Part shown: positions 1 to 13,759 of the stretch, in pieces
How the letters are laid out: every line of letters begins with the position of its first letter
Position numbering within the stretch: the stretch's first letter is position 1
Origin: Camelus dromedarius
Lineage: Eukaryota
DNA: 64,000 nt
Direction: 5' to 3'
NCBI RefSeq assembly: GCF_036321535.1
Contig: NC_087436.1
Location: 69,442,001-69,506,000, forward strand
Translations under genes and position numbers: made by a program
The notes under the pieces: generated by a model
Databases searched by the model: none
Told to the model about the DNA's origin: nothing
Seen by the model: the letters and a program-made list of their open reading frames with translations, nothing else

Positions 1-59
1 ATTTGTAGACTATTAAAAAACTAAACAATGAAGTGTTGAGGAAATCATATACAATGGGA

Positions 60-250
60 GACATAAAATTTTCAAGAAAATGTTCACCAAAGTCAGGGTG
101 GTGGGCTCTACTGGAAGAAGGGTGTTTCTAAGATACTGGCAACAGTCTATTTCTCAACTTGGTTATAGGGCATACAGAAGTTTATTTTATTATTTCTTTC
201 AACTGTATACTTACATTTTATTTGCTTCTTTTTGTTATATTTTCTAAAAT
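60..250 (+). mobile_element. Old L1 (L1ME-like) 3' end fragment
   Basis: Degenerate L1M 3'UTR motifs (ggcaacagtctatttctcaacttggtt...tttattttattatt...ctgtatac). Confidence 0.45.
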
Positions 251-1464
251 CTGAAAGGACATGCATAATATTTTAAAATATATATAAAATATTTTTATGT
301 AGGAATAAATTAGTTTAAAATTCCTAAGTCAACTGATGGGCTTAAAAAGACGTCTGTAATGCATATTATAGGGGAAAAAAAGGCTTTAAATTCCCTAAAA
401 TGCCAGGACAGTTGTAGGTCAATAGGATTAACAGCCCAAAAGAAAATGGAATACCTGCTGGTCAACCAAGAAAAGATCTGAGGATAAAAGCTAAATGGTT
501 CAAAACATTTAGGAGGCATTGCGGCAGAGATTTAGGTACAGTAAATTTAGGGCAATTTTTTTTTGTAATACCAGAGCTGGAACAATCCAAGTATACCTTT
601 CAGCACTAGACCGAAGTCCAACGATTTTTTATATCCATTCAATTGAATATTATTAGGTCAATATAAGGAATAATGTAGATCTTAAAATGTTGTGTGGAAA
701 GATATCAAATCTACATTAAGTGATAAAAAAGAAGTAAAGATAAATATTTAGTCATTGTTACTACTGGTAAAAAAGAAAAACTATATATACTTATGTTTAA
801 TATTACATAGACAATATTTTGATGTAAAGAAAAGAAAAAGGAATAGTCTTACATAAGAGAAATGTGAAGCCAATTATCATTCACTATATATACTTTTGTT
901 CCATTTGAATTTTTTAGCCATTTGTATTAGTTGTTTTTATTATGACATCAAGAATGAAATTATACTCATAATGCATTCAGAATTGCCCGTTAAAGAACAT
1001 GAGAGAGTACAGGAATGAAACTCAATGAAAGTATTTACAGTAAAAGAAAAACCTGTTAAATGTAAGAGTTAAAAATTTGCCATAGACCCTGAGACTACAT
1101 TTGTTTCATAATATGTATACATGCAGAATTTTTTACCTTTCCTCTAATTATGCATAATATGACAAATGTCCTAGAAAGTTATTGATTGGAGTTAGGGAAG
1201 CGTCTCTAATTATCAGAGTATATTTCTAATTCTGTATCTTGCATTTATTTCTGAGCGTAGAACTGAGGCCAAGGTCCTGGTCTTTTTAACCTAAAATCCA
1301 TAGAGTAAGACACTGCCTACACTCAGAAAGTTCTTACTGGTTGTTAAATTATGTATTGTGAAACCAGTGCAGTGTAAATTTAAAACCACGTGTAAAGCTA
1401 AGGATTTTTAAAGTGGGTTTTTTGAACATTAGTTCTGTGAAACAATGTATATATTGAAAATCAG

Positions 1465-1774
1465 TGTTATGGACTGACCTGTGTTCCTCTAACATTAATT
1501 GATTAAAGTCTGACTGGATTTGAAGATAGTCCTTTAAAGAGGTAATTAAAGTTAAATGAAGTCATAAGAATGGGCCCTAATCCAGTACAACAGATCTTAC
1601 AAGAAGAGGAAGAGACACTAGGAATGTACAAGCCAGAGAGATCAACTTCCAGGGAAACTAGCCTTGACAACACCTTGGTTTTGGACTTTCAGCTTCCAGG
1701 ACAATAAGAAAATTAATTTCTAGTGTTTATGCCCCCTGGTCTGTTAGCTGTAGCAGCCCTGGCAAACTAACGTA
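1465..1774 (+). mobile_element. MaLR LTR (MLT1-like)
   Basis: tgttatggactga...aagttaaatgaagtcataagaatgggccctaatcca...ttggactttcagcttccagga...gcagccctggcaaactaa. Confidence 0.8.
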
Positions 1775-2755
1775 TTAAGGATGGTAACTGAGTTAATATT
1801 TCCAATGAACACCCAATATGATCTTTTGTTTGCTAGTTCATCTTCATGACTCTCAAAAAATACTTGGAGTAAAAGCCCACTTCAGTTGATGGAATCAGAT
1901 AAGAGCCGGATATGTGAAAAGTGCAAAGCAAAACCATTCTTTATTAGAAACGGCAAGCAACTAAAAATAGAATATACATAACTAGTGAAGCAAAAAATAA
2001 ACTCTTTTTTAACACCTCAAGCTGGAAATGATTTTAAGTTTTCTATCTGATTTTTTTAGATTTTTGTATAATACTCCCACAAGAAGTCTAAAGCATCCTA
2101 AGAAACTTTTCAGGAAGAACAGCTATGATGAAGCAGTTTACGTCCAACTTAATGACGTTTCATCCCAGATTCATGAGCAAGATAGGAATAGAAGGTCCAA
2201 CAGAAGAATGGTATCAATTTTGAATCTGATTATCCATGATTCTCAAAATTTGTAAAGCAATATTCAGACTAAATCATATACCAGCTTTGTTGTCCCATTG
2301 TTAATATAGCTCAAGTTTCAGTTTATTACTGGAATCAGGCAAAAGGATTATCTTTGTCTTTCAACATATGTTACCATCTTTCGACCAGTAAGAAATCAAA
2401 CATCCTCCACTATAAAAACTCAGCGTACTAGACTTTTTTGTGATATCTTATATCCAACAAAAAAATCCATCTTCCACCGGATTGACATGTATTGGTGTAT
2501 TTTATATTTCATTTTGTTTTGCTAACAATCTCTTAAGCGCTGAAGTACCCTCCAAAAGAGATGACAGTAGAGAAAGAGTAACCATGGCAACCCTTCCCAA
2601 TTCGTTACTGAATAACAGTTCATGGCTATCACTCGTAGACTTTTATGTGGAAGTGCAAGTTTTAAAAATATGTTCCTTTCATTGTCCTAGACTTTTCTTC
2701 GACCTCCTTAGCTGCTGCTCTTAAGTACTTTAGAGTGAAAAGTAGAGTCTCTTAC

Positions 2756-3479
2756 CCAATGCTTCACTGTAAAACTGGTCCCAAAACCGAATGTCATGAT
2801 GCTGGAGCCAGAAGTCAAAGACAATGGAAAGCATTACATTTTTTATCCTTTCTGGAAAAGTCATTCTGTCTGTTAGTCCTGCCATGGCAACGGGCACATA
2901 GGAGGGTGGAGCCGGGAGTTTCCCACAGTATTTCTCCATCGTGCTACCCATGAAGAGCCTTAGCGTGTACATGAAAGGGACCTCTAGCAACTCAGCAATC
3001 AGCTCCCCACAGGGTATCATAGGGTCGATAATCATAACGTTGTAGTTGCTTTCCCGGAGCTTCTTCATGAGTGACTGATTGTAGACTACGCTCTCACACA
3101 GAAGTTTATAATCTCCAGTAACTTGAAAAAGAAAATCCTGCAGTTTTTTGGCTGACTGCCAGGCTGACAATGATGGCATGATGTTAACAGATAAGTCTAA
3201 AAAGGCATTTAGTGTATTTATAGCGGTCTCTGTGTCCTGGGACATGGGGATCACCTCGAAGTTCAGCTTGGAAGGCTTTTTGGAGTCAATGATGAAATTT
3301 TGTGGAGGCACCAACACAGTCACTTCGTGGCCTCTTTCTGTGAGTTCCTCCAGAGTAACCTTTAGATTGAGCCAATGACTCATGTCACAGGGCCACACCA
3401 GGACCTTCCCGCAGAATCCACAGCCAGCAAAGCAGAGCTGCAGCAGTAGAATTGCTGAAACCCATTTCTCAGACACCAT
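2756..3479 (-). CDS. UGT2A3: UGT2A3-like first coding exon (signal peptide plus aglycone-binding N-terminal half of a UDP-glucuronosyltransferase)
   Basis: Open frame MVSEKWVSAILLLQLCFAGCGFCGKVLVWPCDMSHWLNLK...FYSEALG. The KVLVWPCDMSHWLN motif is typical of UGT2A3, and the catalytic His (SHW) and Asp (IIDP) are present. 724 nt from ATG 3479 to the phase-1 donor TTGG|GTAAGA at 2756/2755. Orthology to human UGT2A3 rests on similarity only. Confidence 0.9.
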
Positions 3480-3557
3480 GACAGCAATCCCCTCACACAC
3501 TACTCTGCAGAGGTTGACTATGTGCTGGGCACAGAAGCAAAGTGGTACTTCAGATAT

Positions 3558-3599
3558 CTATCAAGTTAAAAATTAACTTCTAGAGTTAGGCAATGACCC
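3558..3599 (-). promoter_or_regulatory. Proximal promoter of the UGT2A3-like exon with HNF1, GATA, C/EBP and nuclear-receptor half-site motifs
   Basis: On the minus strand: GTTAATTTTTAAC (3565-3577, near-consensus HNF1), TGATAG (3558-3563), ATTGCCTAAC (3585-3594, C/EBP-like) and GGGTCA (3594-3599), about 80-120 nt upstream of the ATG. A proximal HNF1 site is typical of liver/gut UGT2 promoters. Confidence 0.6.
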
Positions 3600-6500
3600 T
3601 TACACGCAGAGATGTTTGCCAGTGTTTTTAACTGGGCATAGCAATATACAATATTCGATATTTGTTCAGGAGGAGGTATAAAATATTTATGTATCTTGGA
3701 GGACATAATTGTAACTTTATTTTAGTTTGTTATTGCACCATTATAGTTTGTTTTAAATATGTTAAAGTATAAAACATATTTTTCATTGACAATTTTAAAA
3801 TATGATAGAAGAACCCATTTAAGTAAGTCTAGTAAATGATAATAGGTTTAATAATACTGGACTTAATGATTAGTAATTTGGGGAAACAAAAATGTAGGTC
3901 CTATAATAAGGTTGGTCACATGTTAGTATGTGGATAAGACACACACGTCACATCATAATAGGGGGACTTTATTCAATATTATACAAAGGTAGAGCATTTC
4001 AGGGCCTCAGAAGACGGTGTCACTCCAATGTAAAGAAAATCAGACAAAGCTTCAGAATGGAGGGGACATTTCAGCTAAGTCCAGAAGTAAAGTTTACAAA
4101 AGATGGATTCTGAAGGTGAATGGACAAAAAGGAGAAAAAAATCAGTGATACATAAGTTATGGTCACTTAAGTATACAGTTATTAGTCCAGTGTGTATGGA
4201 GCAGAGGCTAACACAGAGCAGGGCAGAAAAGGAAAATATTGGTTAAAATAGGACACTTTGGAGAGTTTTGAATCTTATACTCTGGGTTCAGTTTTAATCT
4301 TCATGAAAAGGTGTCCATTCAAATTTTTAATTCAGGTTCAGGAAATGATTATTATGTCCTTTAATAAAACTATTTTGGCAACTAAATAGGATTTGAGTTG
4401 CAGAGAAAAAAGAATATGTAAGTGTTAAAAATTAAATATTAGGAAAGCAAGATCTGATGAGAGCCGCTGGGAGAATATAATATTGGTTTGTGACTGGAGG
4501 GCCCAGAAGGAGAGCCTTATGACTGATGAGAAGTGAGAGGTGACCAGTAGCTAACAAGGAAGTGCTCGGCTTATACTTTGAGCAACCAGAGTGTGACAAT
4601 GACTCTAGCAAAATCATGAAACACTAAGGGAGAAGTAGCTATGGGAAGATTTTACGACCAGCAGTATGTACATTAATGACTACGTGTGCCTGTGAATCTC
4701 AAAGGAGGGGTAAAATTTAGAAGTAGAGGTTTTGTGTCCAATCATCCATCCATCTTTCAATCCAATTACAATTATTCTCCAAATCACTTGCTATGTCATA
4801 CCTTCAACAAGCTGTTTAGCACTTAGTATAGGCCAGATTCTATATTATACACAGGGCATAAAGAGACTTGTAAGATACAGTTCCAATCCAAAGGGATTTC
4901 ACAGATTATTACAGAAAATAAACCAGTTAAAAAATACTTATTCCACAAGTATAAGGAAGATGGATCTTAAGAAGGAGAGATGAACTGAAGAGGGGCAAAG
5001 CCCATGAAGGAGGTTGCGTGGTAGAGGAAGGGAATGATGAAATTATGAGTTAGCTAAGTCTTTAAGAGTCTTGCAGGTTGAAAATTATCACTTAGAAGTA
5101 AAAGAGAAAATTAACATATATGTGTTCTACGAAGTGTAACATAGTTATATCAAGGGGTTTATTCAGTTACAAAATTATATTCATTTCAATAATTTGAAAG
5201 AGCCGTATTGAAATTTCAAATCCGTTAAGAGTTTTTCTGTTTTGCTAAAATGAAAACCTAGAGTAGATTTGCTTAAAAGATGACAAGATAAATCCAGGAT
5301 CAAAGATTGAGAGTGGTACTGTGTTGCATAATTAAGCTTTGCATAAGTTCTTACAGTAATTGGTAAAAAGCAGAGTCCAAAAGAGAGTCAGAAAATAGGA
5401 AGATAGGGCAGGAACATGAACCCACTAGAAGAAAACTGAGATAACGTTATAATCTTAGAGGGTGAAAGTTCTTTTATACAGGGTAAATAATCTTGAAGTG
5501 ATTAAAAAAAAGACTGATAAATTTATTCACTATGCCAAAGTTCATGAAATACCGTAAACAGTTTAAACAAAGCTAAAGAGCGAGCAAAGATATATAATAC
5601 AGCTCAGAAATTGATTTCGCAATGTATGTGTTATTAGAGAGCTATTTCTAGCTATTTCGTTATGAGAAAACTAAGAGTTCAGGTTATGAGGAAAGATTTA
5701 TTTGCATAAACTTAAAAGTATGGCATATTTTCACTTATGTCAAACTGAAACATTTAAAATTTTGGATAAAATATAAAATTAGGTCATTTTTTGATTTGGC
5801 AAGAAAGTGAAAAATCAGCAGAATCCCTAGACAAAGTCAAAGCAGGGATTCTGATGTTCAAGCTTGCCGTTTCTTTGGGAAATACACAGTAAAGTGGCAG
5901 GAGAGGGGAGAAGGAAAGTCTCAAGGCTTGTCTAAGACCCTACACCCACATAACATTCACATAATGCTAGATTTCCAAGATCTGGCCTCACTTCTACAAA
6001 TGAGTTCCCTTACAGAGAAGTTTATAGCAAGGAAAACTTCTTGGCTTTGTGTGGATAAAAAAAATCTTCCCTTAGAATTCTTAATAAAGTCAACCTTCAA
6101 ATTTTCTAATTTGATTTTCAGTTCAAATTAGAAAAGCTCTTTGAAGAAACTTTGACCCCAGCTTCAAAGGCTTCCCACAGGTAAAATTCCAGGGTAAATA
6201 TTTTGCAAAGAAACAAGACCTCATGACTGAGAAACAGCGAAAGCAACAGAAATCAGAAATATTAACATAATGATTAGAAATATTATTACTGTTTGAGACA
6301 AAAAGTACAGTTATCTTGTACAATATTTTTAAGGGTATGAAAGAGAAGTCTGAAAATATGAGCAAGGAACAAGGGATTAAAAAGAATAATTGTGAAAATC
6401 TGTTAAAAAAGACAAAGAGAATTACTGGAAATTAAGAATTCAATACATGAAACTCAAAATTCGAGGGCTAGATTGAAGAGTAGATTAAGCACAACTGTAG

Positions 6501-7280
6501 AAATAAACAGTGACGCAAAAGAGAAATCTGAAGATGTTATTTAGAATTACATTCTGAATAAAAAGAAAAAAAACATGGAATAGGAAATATGATAGAATGA
6601 TGAAGAGACATGGAGAATAGACTAAGATGTCTGATTCTAGCTACTGGTTTTGCCTACTTGATGCCTTTTCTCCAAGTCCTTTTTCACTCTTTAAAGCTTG
6701 TGCCTTTTTCATGTAACCCAAACTGCCCAACTAAGCTCTTCATTTATGTTCTTTTAACAAAATTTTCCAATTATCTTAAATCTTTAAATAAATAATAATT
6801 TTAGACATAAAAAGTTGCAAATAAGTATAAAGATTTTTGTATACCCTGCAGTAGTTATTACTATGAGTTTGCCTAATGGTGATTTTCTATTTCCATTACT
6901 CCTTCTGTAAATATTGTTTTTTACTGTAAAAGATTGCAAAAATATGTGCAAACATGTAATTAATGTATTTCACATAGTCTCATAGTATCTCCTGTCAGGA
7001 TACTTGTTAATTACAAAGGGTAAAATCAGGAGAATCTTGGCAGACACCATCTTAACTCAGTGATTAAAACATGGTCACTAGTAATACCTTTCTATCTATA
7101 ATAGGTACCTCTGATACACCACACGGTGAGGGACACAAGATCGCCTCTGCAGTATTCTTATCCACGAAGCCTAATCTCACCTTAATCACCAGAGAACACC
7201 AGGAAAAAAAAAAAAAAGGGATATTCTAAAAAGTAACTAGCCAGTACTCTTCATGAATAAAAAACAGAAAGACTATGAAG

Positions 7281-9920
7281 TATTCTTTGGATAAATACCA
7301 GAAGTGGAATGGCTCAATCATGCAGTAATTCTATTCTTAATTTTTTGATGAATCACCATACTGTCCTTGGTGGCTGCACCAATTTACGTTCCTGCTAACA
7401 GTTGATGAGGATTCCCTTTTCTCTACATCCTCACCAGCACTTGTTATTTCTTCCCTCTTTGATAACAGCCATTCTAACAGGTGTGGGGTGATATCTCGTG
7501 GTTTTGATTTGCATTTGATAGTTAGTAATGTTGAGCATCTTTTCATGTGCCTGTTGGCCATCTGTATGTCTATTCAGCTTCTCTACCCATTTTTTAATTT
7601 GGCTGCTTTTTTGTTGTTACTGAGTTACATGAGTTCTTTATATACATTTTGGATATTAACTCTTTATCAGATATATGATTTGCAAATATCTTTTCCCATT
7701 ATGTAAGTTGTCTTTTCATTTTGTTGGCATTTGCCTTTGCTATACAGAAGCTTTTTAGTTTAATGTAGTCCCACTTGTCTTATTTTTGCTTTTGTTTCCC
7801 TTGCCCGAGGAGACATATCCAGAAAAATATTTTTAATACCTATGCCAAAAAAGTATGTCTATGTTTCCTTCTAGGAGTTTTATAGTATGTTTTACATATA
7901 AGTCTTTAATCCATTTTGAATTGACTTTTGTGTATGATGTGAGATAGTGTTTTAGTTTTATTTTTTTGCATGTAGTTGTCCAGTATTTTAACACTCTTCA
8001 TTGAAGAGAGTATCCTTTCTCCATTGAATGTTCTTTGCTCCTTTGTCAGTAATTAATTGTCTATATGTGTGTGGGTTTATTTCTGGCCTCTCACTTCTGT
8101 TCCATTGATTTATGTATCTGTTTTTCAGCCAATTCCATGCTGTTTTGATTATTTCAGTTTTGTGATATAATTCAAAATCAGGGTACGTGGTACTTCCAGC
8201 TTACTGAATTCTTCAGTGCCAGAATTTCTGTTTGGTTCTTTTTAGAGTTTAAATCTCCCATGTAAAGTATTCTTTCTGTTAATTAATTTAATAATTTAAT
8301 TCCTGAGCTCACTGAATTGCCTTGCCGAATTTTCTTGTAGCTTGTTGAGGTTTTTAACTGCAGCTGTCAGATCTGTGACTTTAAGTTTGGTTTCTGGAGA
8401 ATAGTCATTTTCTTAGTGGTACAATGTTACTGTGGCTCTTCATGATGCTTGATGAGTTGTTCCTCTGCTGGCACATTTGAAATAGCAAACACCTTTTTTC
8501 TTTAAGCAATTTTTTTTAACTTGATTCTAATGATTTGGCTGGTTAGAAATTAAAGGTCTTTCTACTGTTTTCCAGTAGATGACACTATAGCACAAGTTTT
8601 TGGTTTCTCTTACTCTACTATATTTGAGTAGGCATTTTCCACCCTCCACTAACTGTCAGAGCTGTTGCCTGGTGCCCTCCTTGCACTGCTTGTGCCTCTT
8701 GGGTTGCTGGAGCCTTGCTGCTGCTGGTGTCACTGGCTTCTCTGCCTGAGGTTCCAGGATGATGGGCACTTCTGCTGCTGTGTCTGGGGTCTCCTATGTC
8801 AGAGGGGCTTGGTTTGCACAGAGAGAGGGGGAAGATGGGGTGAAGTGGGGGTTACAGGTGCCTCTGCTATGCCTGGGGTTGCTGGGTTCACAGGCACTGC
8901 CACTGAAAGCAGGGGCCGGGGCTGGAGTTGTGGGTTCCTCCATGGCTGGAGGGACAGAGCCACAGGCCCAGCTCCTACTGCCACCCAGTTAGCTGGGGCT
9001 GCAAGTGCCTTGCTGCCAGGAGGCAGGAGTCAGTCCTGTGCACTGGCTTCCCTGCTGCTACCATGTTCTCTGCAGCTGAGTTGCTGGGATCACAGGCATC
9101 ACCTCCACTCTTCCCTTGGTTACACCTCCTCTATGGAGTCCAGTCCGCTCACTTTTAGATGTACAGATGGTACATCTAGGAAGGGCATTAGCTGCAGAAT
9201 CACTGAATAGAAAACTAGACCAGTGGTGGATGCTTGATGGATCACAAACTGAACATGAGTGACAACAAGATGATGTTACTTTTACAGTTAAAAAACAATT
9301 ATAGAATGCATTAAGAAACCCGCCAAAAAAAAAGCCAAAGTTCAAAGAAAACAAAAATACTTACTCAAAAAGATACATACTGATGTTCACAGCAGCATTA
9401 TTTACAATAGCTAAGTTATGGAAGTGACTTAAGTGTCCATCAGCAGATGAATGGATAAAAAAGATGTGGTGTACGTATACAATGAAATATTACTCAAGCA
9501 TAAAAGAGAATGAAAGTCTGCCACTTGCAAGAACGTGAATGGACCTAGAAGATATTATGCTTCAAGAAATGTCAGACAGAGAAAGGCAAATAAATACTCT
9601 AATTTATTACTTATATGTGGAATTTAAAAAAATAAAATGAATGTATCTTCAACAAAACAGGAATAGACTTACAGAGAACAAACTAGTGACTACCAGTGGG
9701 GAGGGGGAAGTGGGTAAGATACGGTTAGAGGATTAAGAGATATAACCTACTATGTATAAAATAAATAAGCAATAAGGATACATTGTACAGCACAGGGAAA
9801 TAAAACCATTATTTTATAACTTTAAATGGGATATCATCTATAAATATTTCGAATCACTGTGTCATAAACCTGAAGCTAATATAATATTATTAATCAACTA
9901 TATTTCAGTAAGAAAAAGAA
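7281..9920 (+). mobile_element. L1 with 5' inversion (antisense ORF2 and 5' parts ~7281-9200, sense 3' end ~9340-9920)
   Basis: Antisense ORF2 C-terminal sequence (MANRHMKRCST ORF). The sense segment resumes at the same L1 position (ccaaagaa) and ends in an A-rich tail. Confidence 0.75.
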
Positions 9921-10499
9921 AAATGGATGTAAATAAAAGGAATGAAAACTGAGTGGTGAGGTTATTCAGTCTGATAAGTATCTGAAAAGGTCTGGAGAGC
10001 AGCTATGTTAGGTAGGGATCCTAGAGGTTGATTGATGTGTTGGTTACAAAGGTGTATACACTTGATAACACAAATCACATTGTGTATGTACCTTTTTAAG
10101 AATCTGAAAACATATATATGTATGTAAAATAAGCAAGTACAAATAGTAAAAGTATAAATAGGTAATGAAAAAATGCATGCAAGCTAAAGGTAAAATTTTG
10201 AGTGTACTTCTTCAGGCAACTTTTATTATATCTAATCTGATTGTTGTTATAAATGTATATATAATTTACTAATGTGTAAATTGCATATTATTGAAACATT
10301 CTACTAGCTCCCTTAGGGGATCAAGGGTGTGTCAGATTATATATCTGACAATACCTGGCAGATTGTCTTACATCACTGAATGTATTGAATTGTATTAAGT
10401 TAAATTGAAATGAGCTGAAGCAGAAGCAGAAAGGTACAGAATAAAGGGCACTGAGGTAGCATTTTTAAGAAAATGTAAATTAGCCCTTAGTAAAAAATA

Positions 10500-11200
10500 A
10501 TAATGAGATAGCACTGCACATCAATAGCATGGTTACAATAAAAAAAAGAACAAAAAGAAAATACTAACTGGTGATGAGAATGGAGAACAGCTGGAAATGG
10601 CTGATGAGATTATTGACTGGCACAAGCCCTTGGAAAACTAGAATTTAGCAGCATCTTCTAAAGCTAAACATATACATGCCCTGCAACTTAGCAATTCCAC
10701 TCTCATGTATACACCCCCTAGTATGGCACACATATATTCACCAAAAGACGTGTACATGAATGTTCATAGCAGTGTTTATCATAAATAGCCAAAACCAAGA
10801 TAGTCTGCATGTCCACCAACAGTAGAATGGATAAGTAAAATGTATATTAATACATTAGACTCCGTATAGCTATGAGAATGAACACACTATACCTGCATGC
10901 AACAACTTGAACAAATATAAACATCATGACATTAAGCAGAAGGTGCAAAATACAGAAGAGCCATAATGCGTGGTTCATTTACACAGTTTAAATCAGGCAA
11001 TTTAATCTGTGGTGTCAGAAGTCAAGAAAGTCGATCCATCAGACAGGAGTTGTAGGGACTGGTATGAAGAACAGTAAGGAGTTATGAGTGTAATAATGTT
11101 TTGCTTTTTGGTCTGGGTACTGGTTTGCATGGATGGGTTTATATCGCAAAACTGCAATGAGCTGTACAATTTATGATTTACGTTTAATCTCAAGAGAAAG
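10500..11200 (+). mobile_element. Old L1M 3' fragment
   Basis: gcaattccactc...gaatgttcatagcag...atgtccaccaacagtagaatggata motifs. Confidence 0.65.
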
Positions 11201-12796
11201 GTTATACAGAATTTTAGAAATCTCACAGCACTGACCGCAGGAAAGTGATATGTAAGGAGGAATTAAAAGCTTACATGAAGACAGATTAACGGAGAGATCC
11301 AAGTTTTCTGGGAAAAGGATGAGAGGTTGGCAATTGGGATTAGAATGGGAGTGGGATACAGAAAAAGAAGCAAATAAACAAAATACTAGATCCAGAAAGG
11401 TAGCCAGGATCAAATGTAAAAATGTTGAGTAGTGCAGCTCAGTTCCAGGAAATTCGGGGGAAGTTAGGGAAAGGTTTAGTTCTAAGGAATCCATCTACAA
11501 TTTAGCAGTCGGGAAAGAGGGACCAACATGGAGCCCATGTGGTACTGACAGGTAAGAGTAGGCTACACTTGCACATAAATTAGTACTGGGCTTTCCTTTT
11601 CTCATCTGCAGTGTGCTGGGAAAGATGGAGACAAACCAGGAAACCAAAAGACACAGGCAAAATGAGGCCATCCAGTTTCCTTACCGAATTAACTATTTTC
11701 ACTGCAACTTTCAAGCCCTTGGTCTTCCTGTAGCTGCAGCAAAGGGTGGTCCCAAATCCTGCCCACATGAGAACTATCCTTTTGCTGTATGTACAGCAGA
11801 TCTCCCTGAGGTTGGGGGAGAGATCCAGCTCAGGGCAATTTGAAGATATCACAGGACAATCAGCCAGGGAAAGATGAATAGAGTCACTCCTGGATATGAG
11901 TAACAATGACTGGCATATACCCAGACACGCTTGTTCCGTTAGGAGTTAGATGCATATTTAAAATGGAATTGATCATCATTTTTATCTGCTTCATCCATAA
12001 ACGATTTTCTCATTGATAAATACAACAGGATTTTTAAACAGTGCAATTAGATATTTCCTTGTTACTTACTTCTGTTTCCTTGAAAACAGATCTGTGTTAT
12101 TTTTTTCTTTACCACAGTTAAATGTTATTTTTCTAATTTATTTTTCTCACAGAAATGAAGAATAGCTATTGAAAAGGGAACACAGAGATATTTGACATGT
12201 TATGAAATCTCTTTTGTTCAAAGATAATATCGAATACAAGGTATCTGCCCTGTTTCAGTATCAGTTTACGGTTAACAGGTGTTGCTAATACTTTAAGAAT
12301 GTAATTGCAAACAAAAAACAGATTGGATTTTACCAGTTCTTCTTGAAAATGTACTTCAATTTGAAATAGAATATTCAAGGTAGTTATTTGTTGTCTAACT
12401 ATGTTTAGTAACATGAGGAGTGTAAAGGTTTTAAGTAAATAAGATATTTAATCTCTTAATAAGTGGGATTTCTGAAACTAGATTATTATTCTGTGAAAAT
12501 GAGAAATCAGGAATATTCTGTTTCACAAAGCCTTTTTCACACATTATATAATTTGTCATGGCTTCCTTTGAGAGAGGAGATTTAGTATATCCCAGAGGTC
12601 ATTTGTTTTCTATAGATATTTACTGACTACTCTATGTACCAGAGCCCTGTGGTAGTATAATTAGGGCATTGTCACTGCAGAGTTCTCATGTAGTTTGGTG
12701 TAAATGACAGTCAACATAAGTATAATCCTTCTCAGTTGCTACAGAATAGCCATACATATACTGTCATATGATCATCCTAGAGAATATAGTGAAATA

Positions 12797-13095
12797 CAAA
12801 ACAGAAACAGACTCACAGACATAATAAACAATCTATGGTTAAGGGGAAAGGGGGTGGGAAGGGATAAATTTGGGAGTTTGAGATTTGCAAAGGTTAACCA
12901 CTATATATAAAAAATAGATTAAAAAAAATTATTCTGTACAGCACAGGGAACCATATCCAATATCTTGTAATAACTTTTAATGAAAAAGAATATGAAAACA
13001 AATATATGTATATATATATATGCATGACTGGGTCACTATGCTGTACACCAGAAATTGACACATTGTAACTGACTATACTTCAATTAAAAAATAGT
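12797..13095 (+). mobile_element. 5'-truncated young L1 3' end with TSD, inserted in a MIR
   Basis: acagaaacagactcacagacata...ctgtacaccagaaattgacacattgtaactgactatacttcaattaaaaaa. TSD AATAYAGTGAAATA at 12783-12796 and 13096-13109. Confidence 0.85.
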
Positions 13096-13759
13096 AATAC
13101 AGTGAAATAATTACCCCATTTTAAAGAGAAGGATGTACTGTGACTCGGAGTTTAAGTTATCTGCCTGAGATCACAGAATTAGCAAGTGGAACTTGAATGC
13201 AGAATCTCTTGTGCTTTGTGAGAACTTTCACTATTTTACTTTTTGCAGCTCCCTATTTAAGAAATATAGACTGCTATGTCATTCAAACCCGCAGTCGTTA
13301 GTGTGTGATACATATATGCTCAGTGATGATTATTATAGCACATATTTCAGATGTCTTGGGGAGTAATCATGTGAATAACATCTACATTTAAAGCTAAGTA
13401 TGTTTTTGAGGCCTATGTAATTTGAAATCCAGGAAAAAATACAGTTACGTTACATGATAAAAAATACAAAACCACTGAATTTTGCCTTCAAAATTCTACC
13501 ATATTTTCAAAGATATGTGCAGATTTTAATTAGCTTCTGTATGTTTCATTTATACGTGTGGTATGTTTAGTATCTTCCCTCTAAATCAGTTCTACAAAGA
13601 TGTTTAAAAGTTTAAGTGATGGAACACTGGTTAAAGAGTATTCCAAAATCAAAAAAAAAAAGAAAAAAAAATTAGCGATCTTACTTGTGGAAGGTTAGAT
13701 TAAGGTCGAGTTGCAATAAATCTTTATTGTAAATCCTTACATAAATCCTGCTTCTATGG

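Noticed and set aside
2730..2755. Stops shortly after each UGT ORF (also 15024-15040, 25536-25561), suggesting truncated pseudogenes
   Set aside because: These are read-through into introns past canonical donors.
3480..3500. N-terminal extension MCEGIAV in the ORF track
   Set aside because: Starts at GTG; the ATG at 3479 in good context gives a normal signal peptide.
6123..6365. ORF containing CGKPLK, vaguely like UGT exon 2 (HCKPAKPLPK)
   Set aside because: No other exon-2 residues; it overlaps an old L1 remnant on the other strand.
8665..9210. 181-aa Cys/Gly-rich ORF and overlapping ORFs
   Set aside because: Non-ATG start, lies in the GC-rich L1 5'-like arm, and resembles no protein I recognise.
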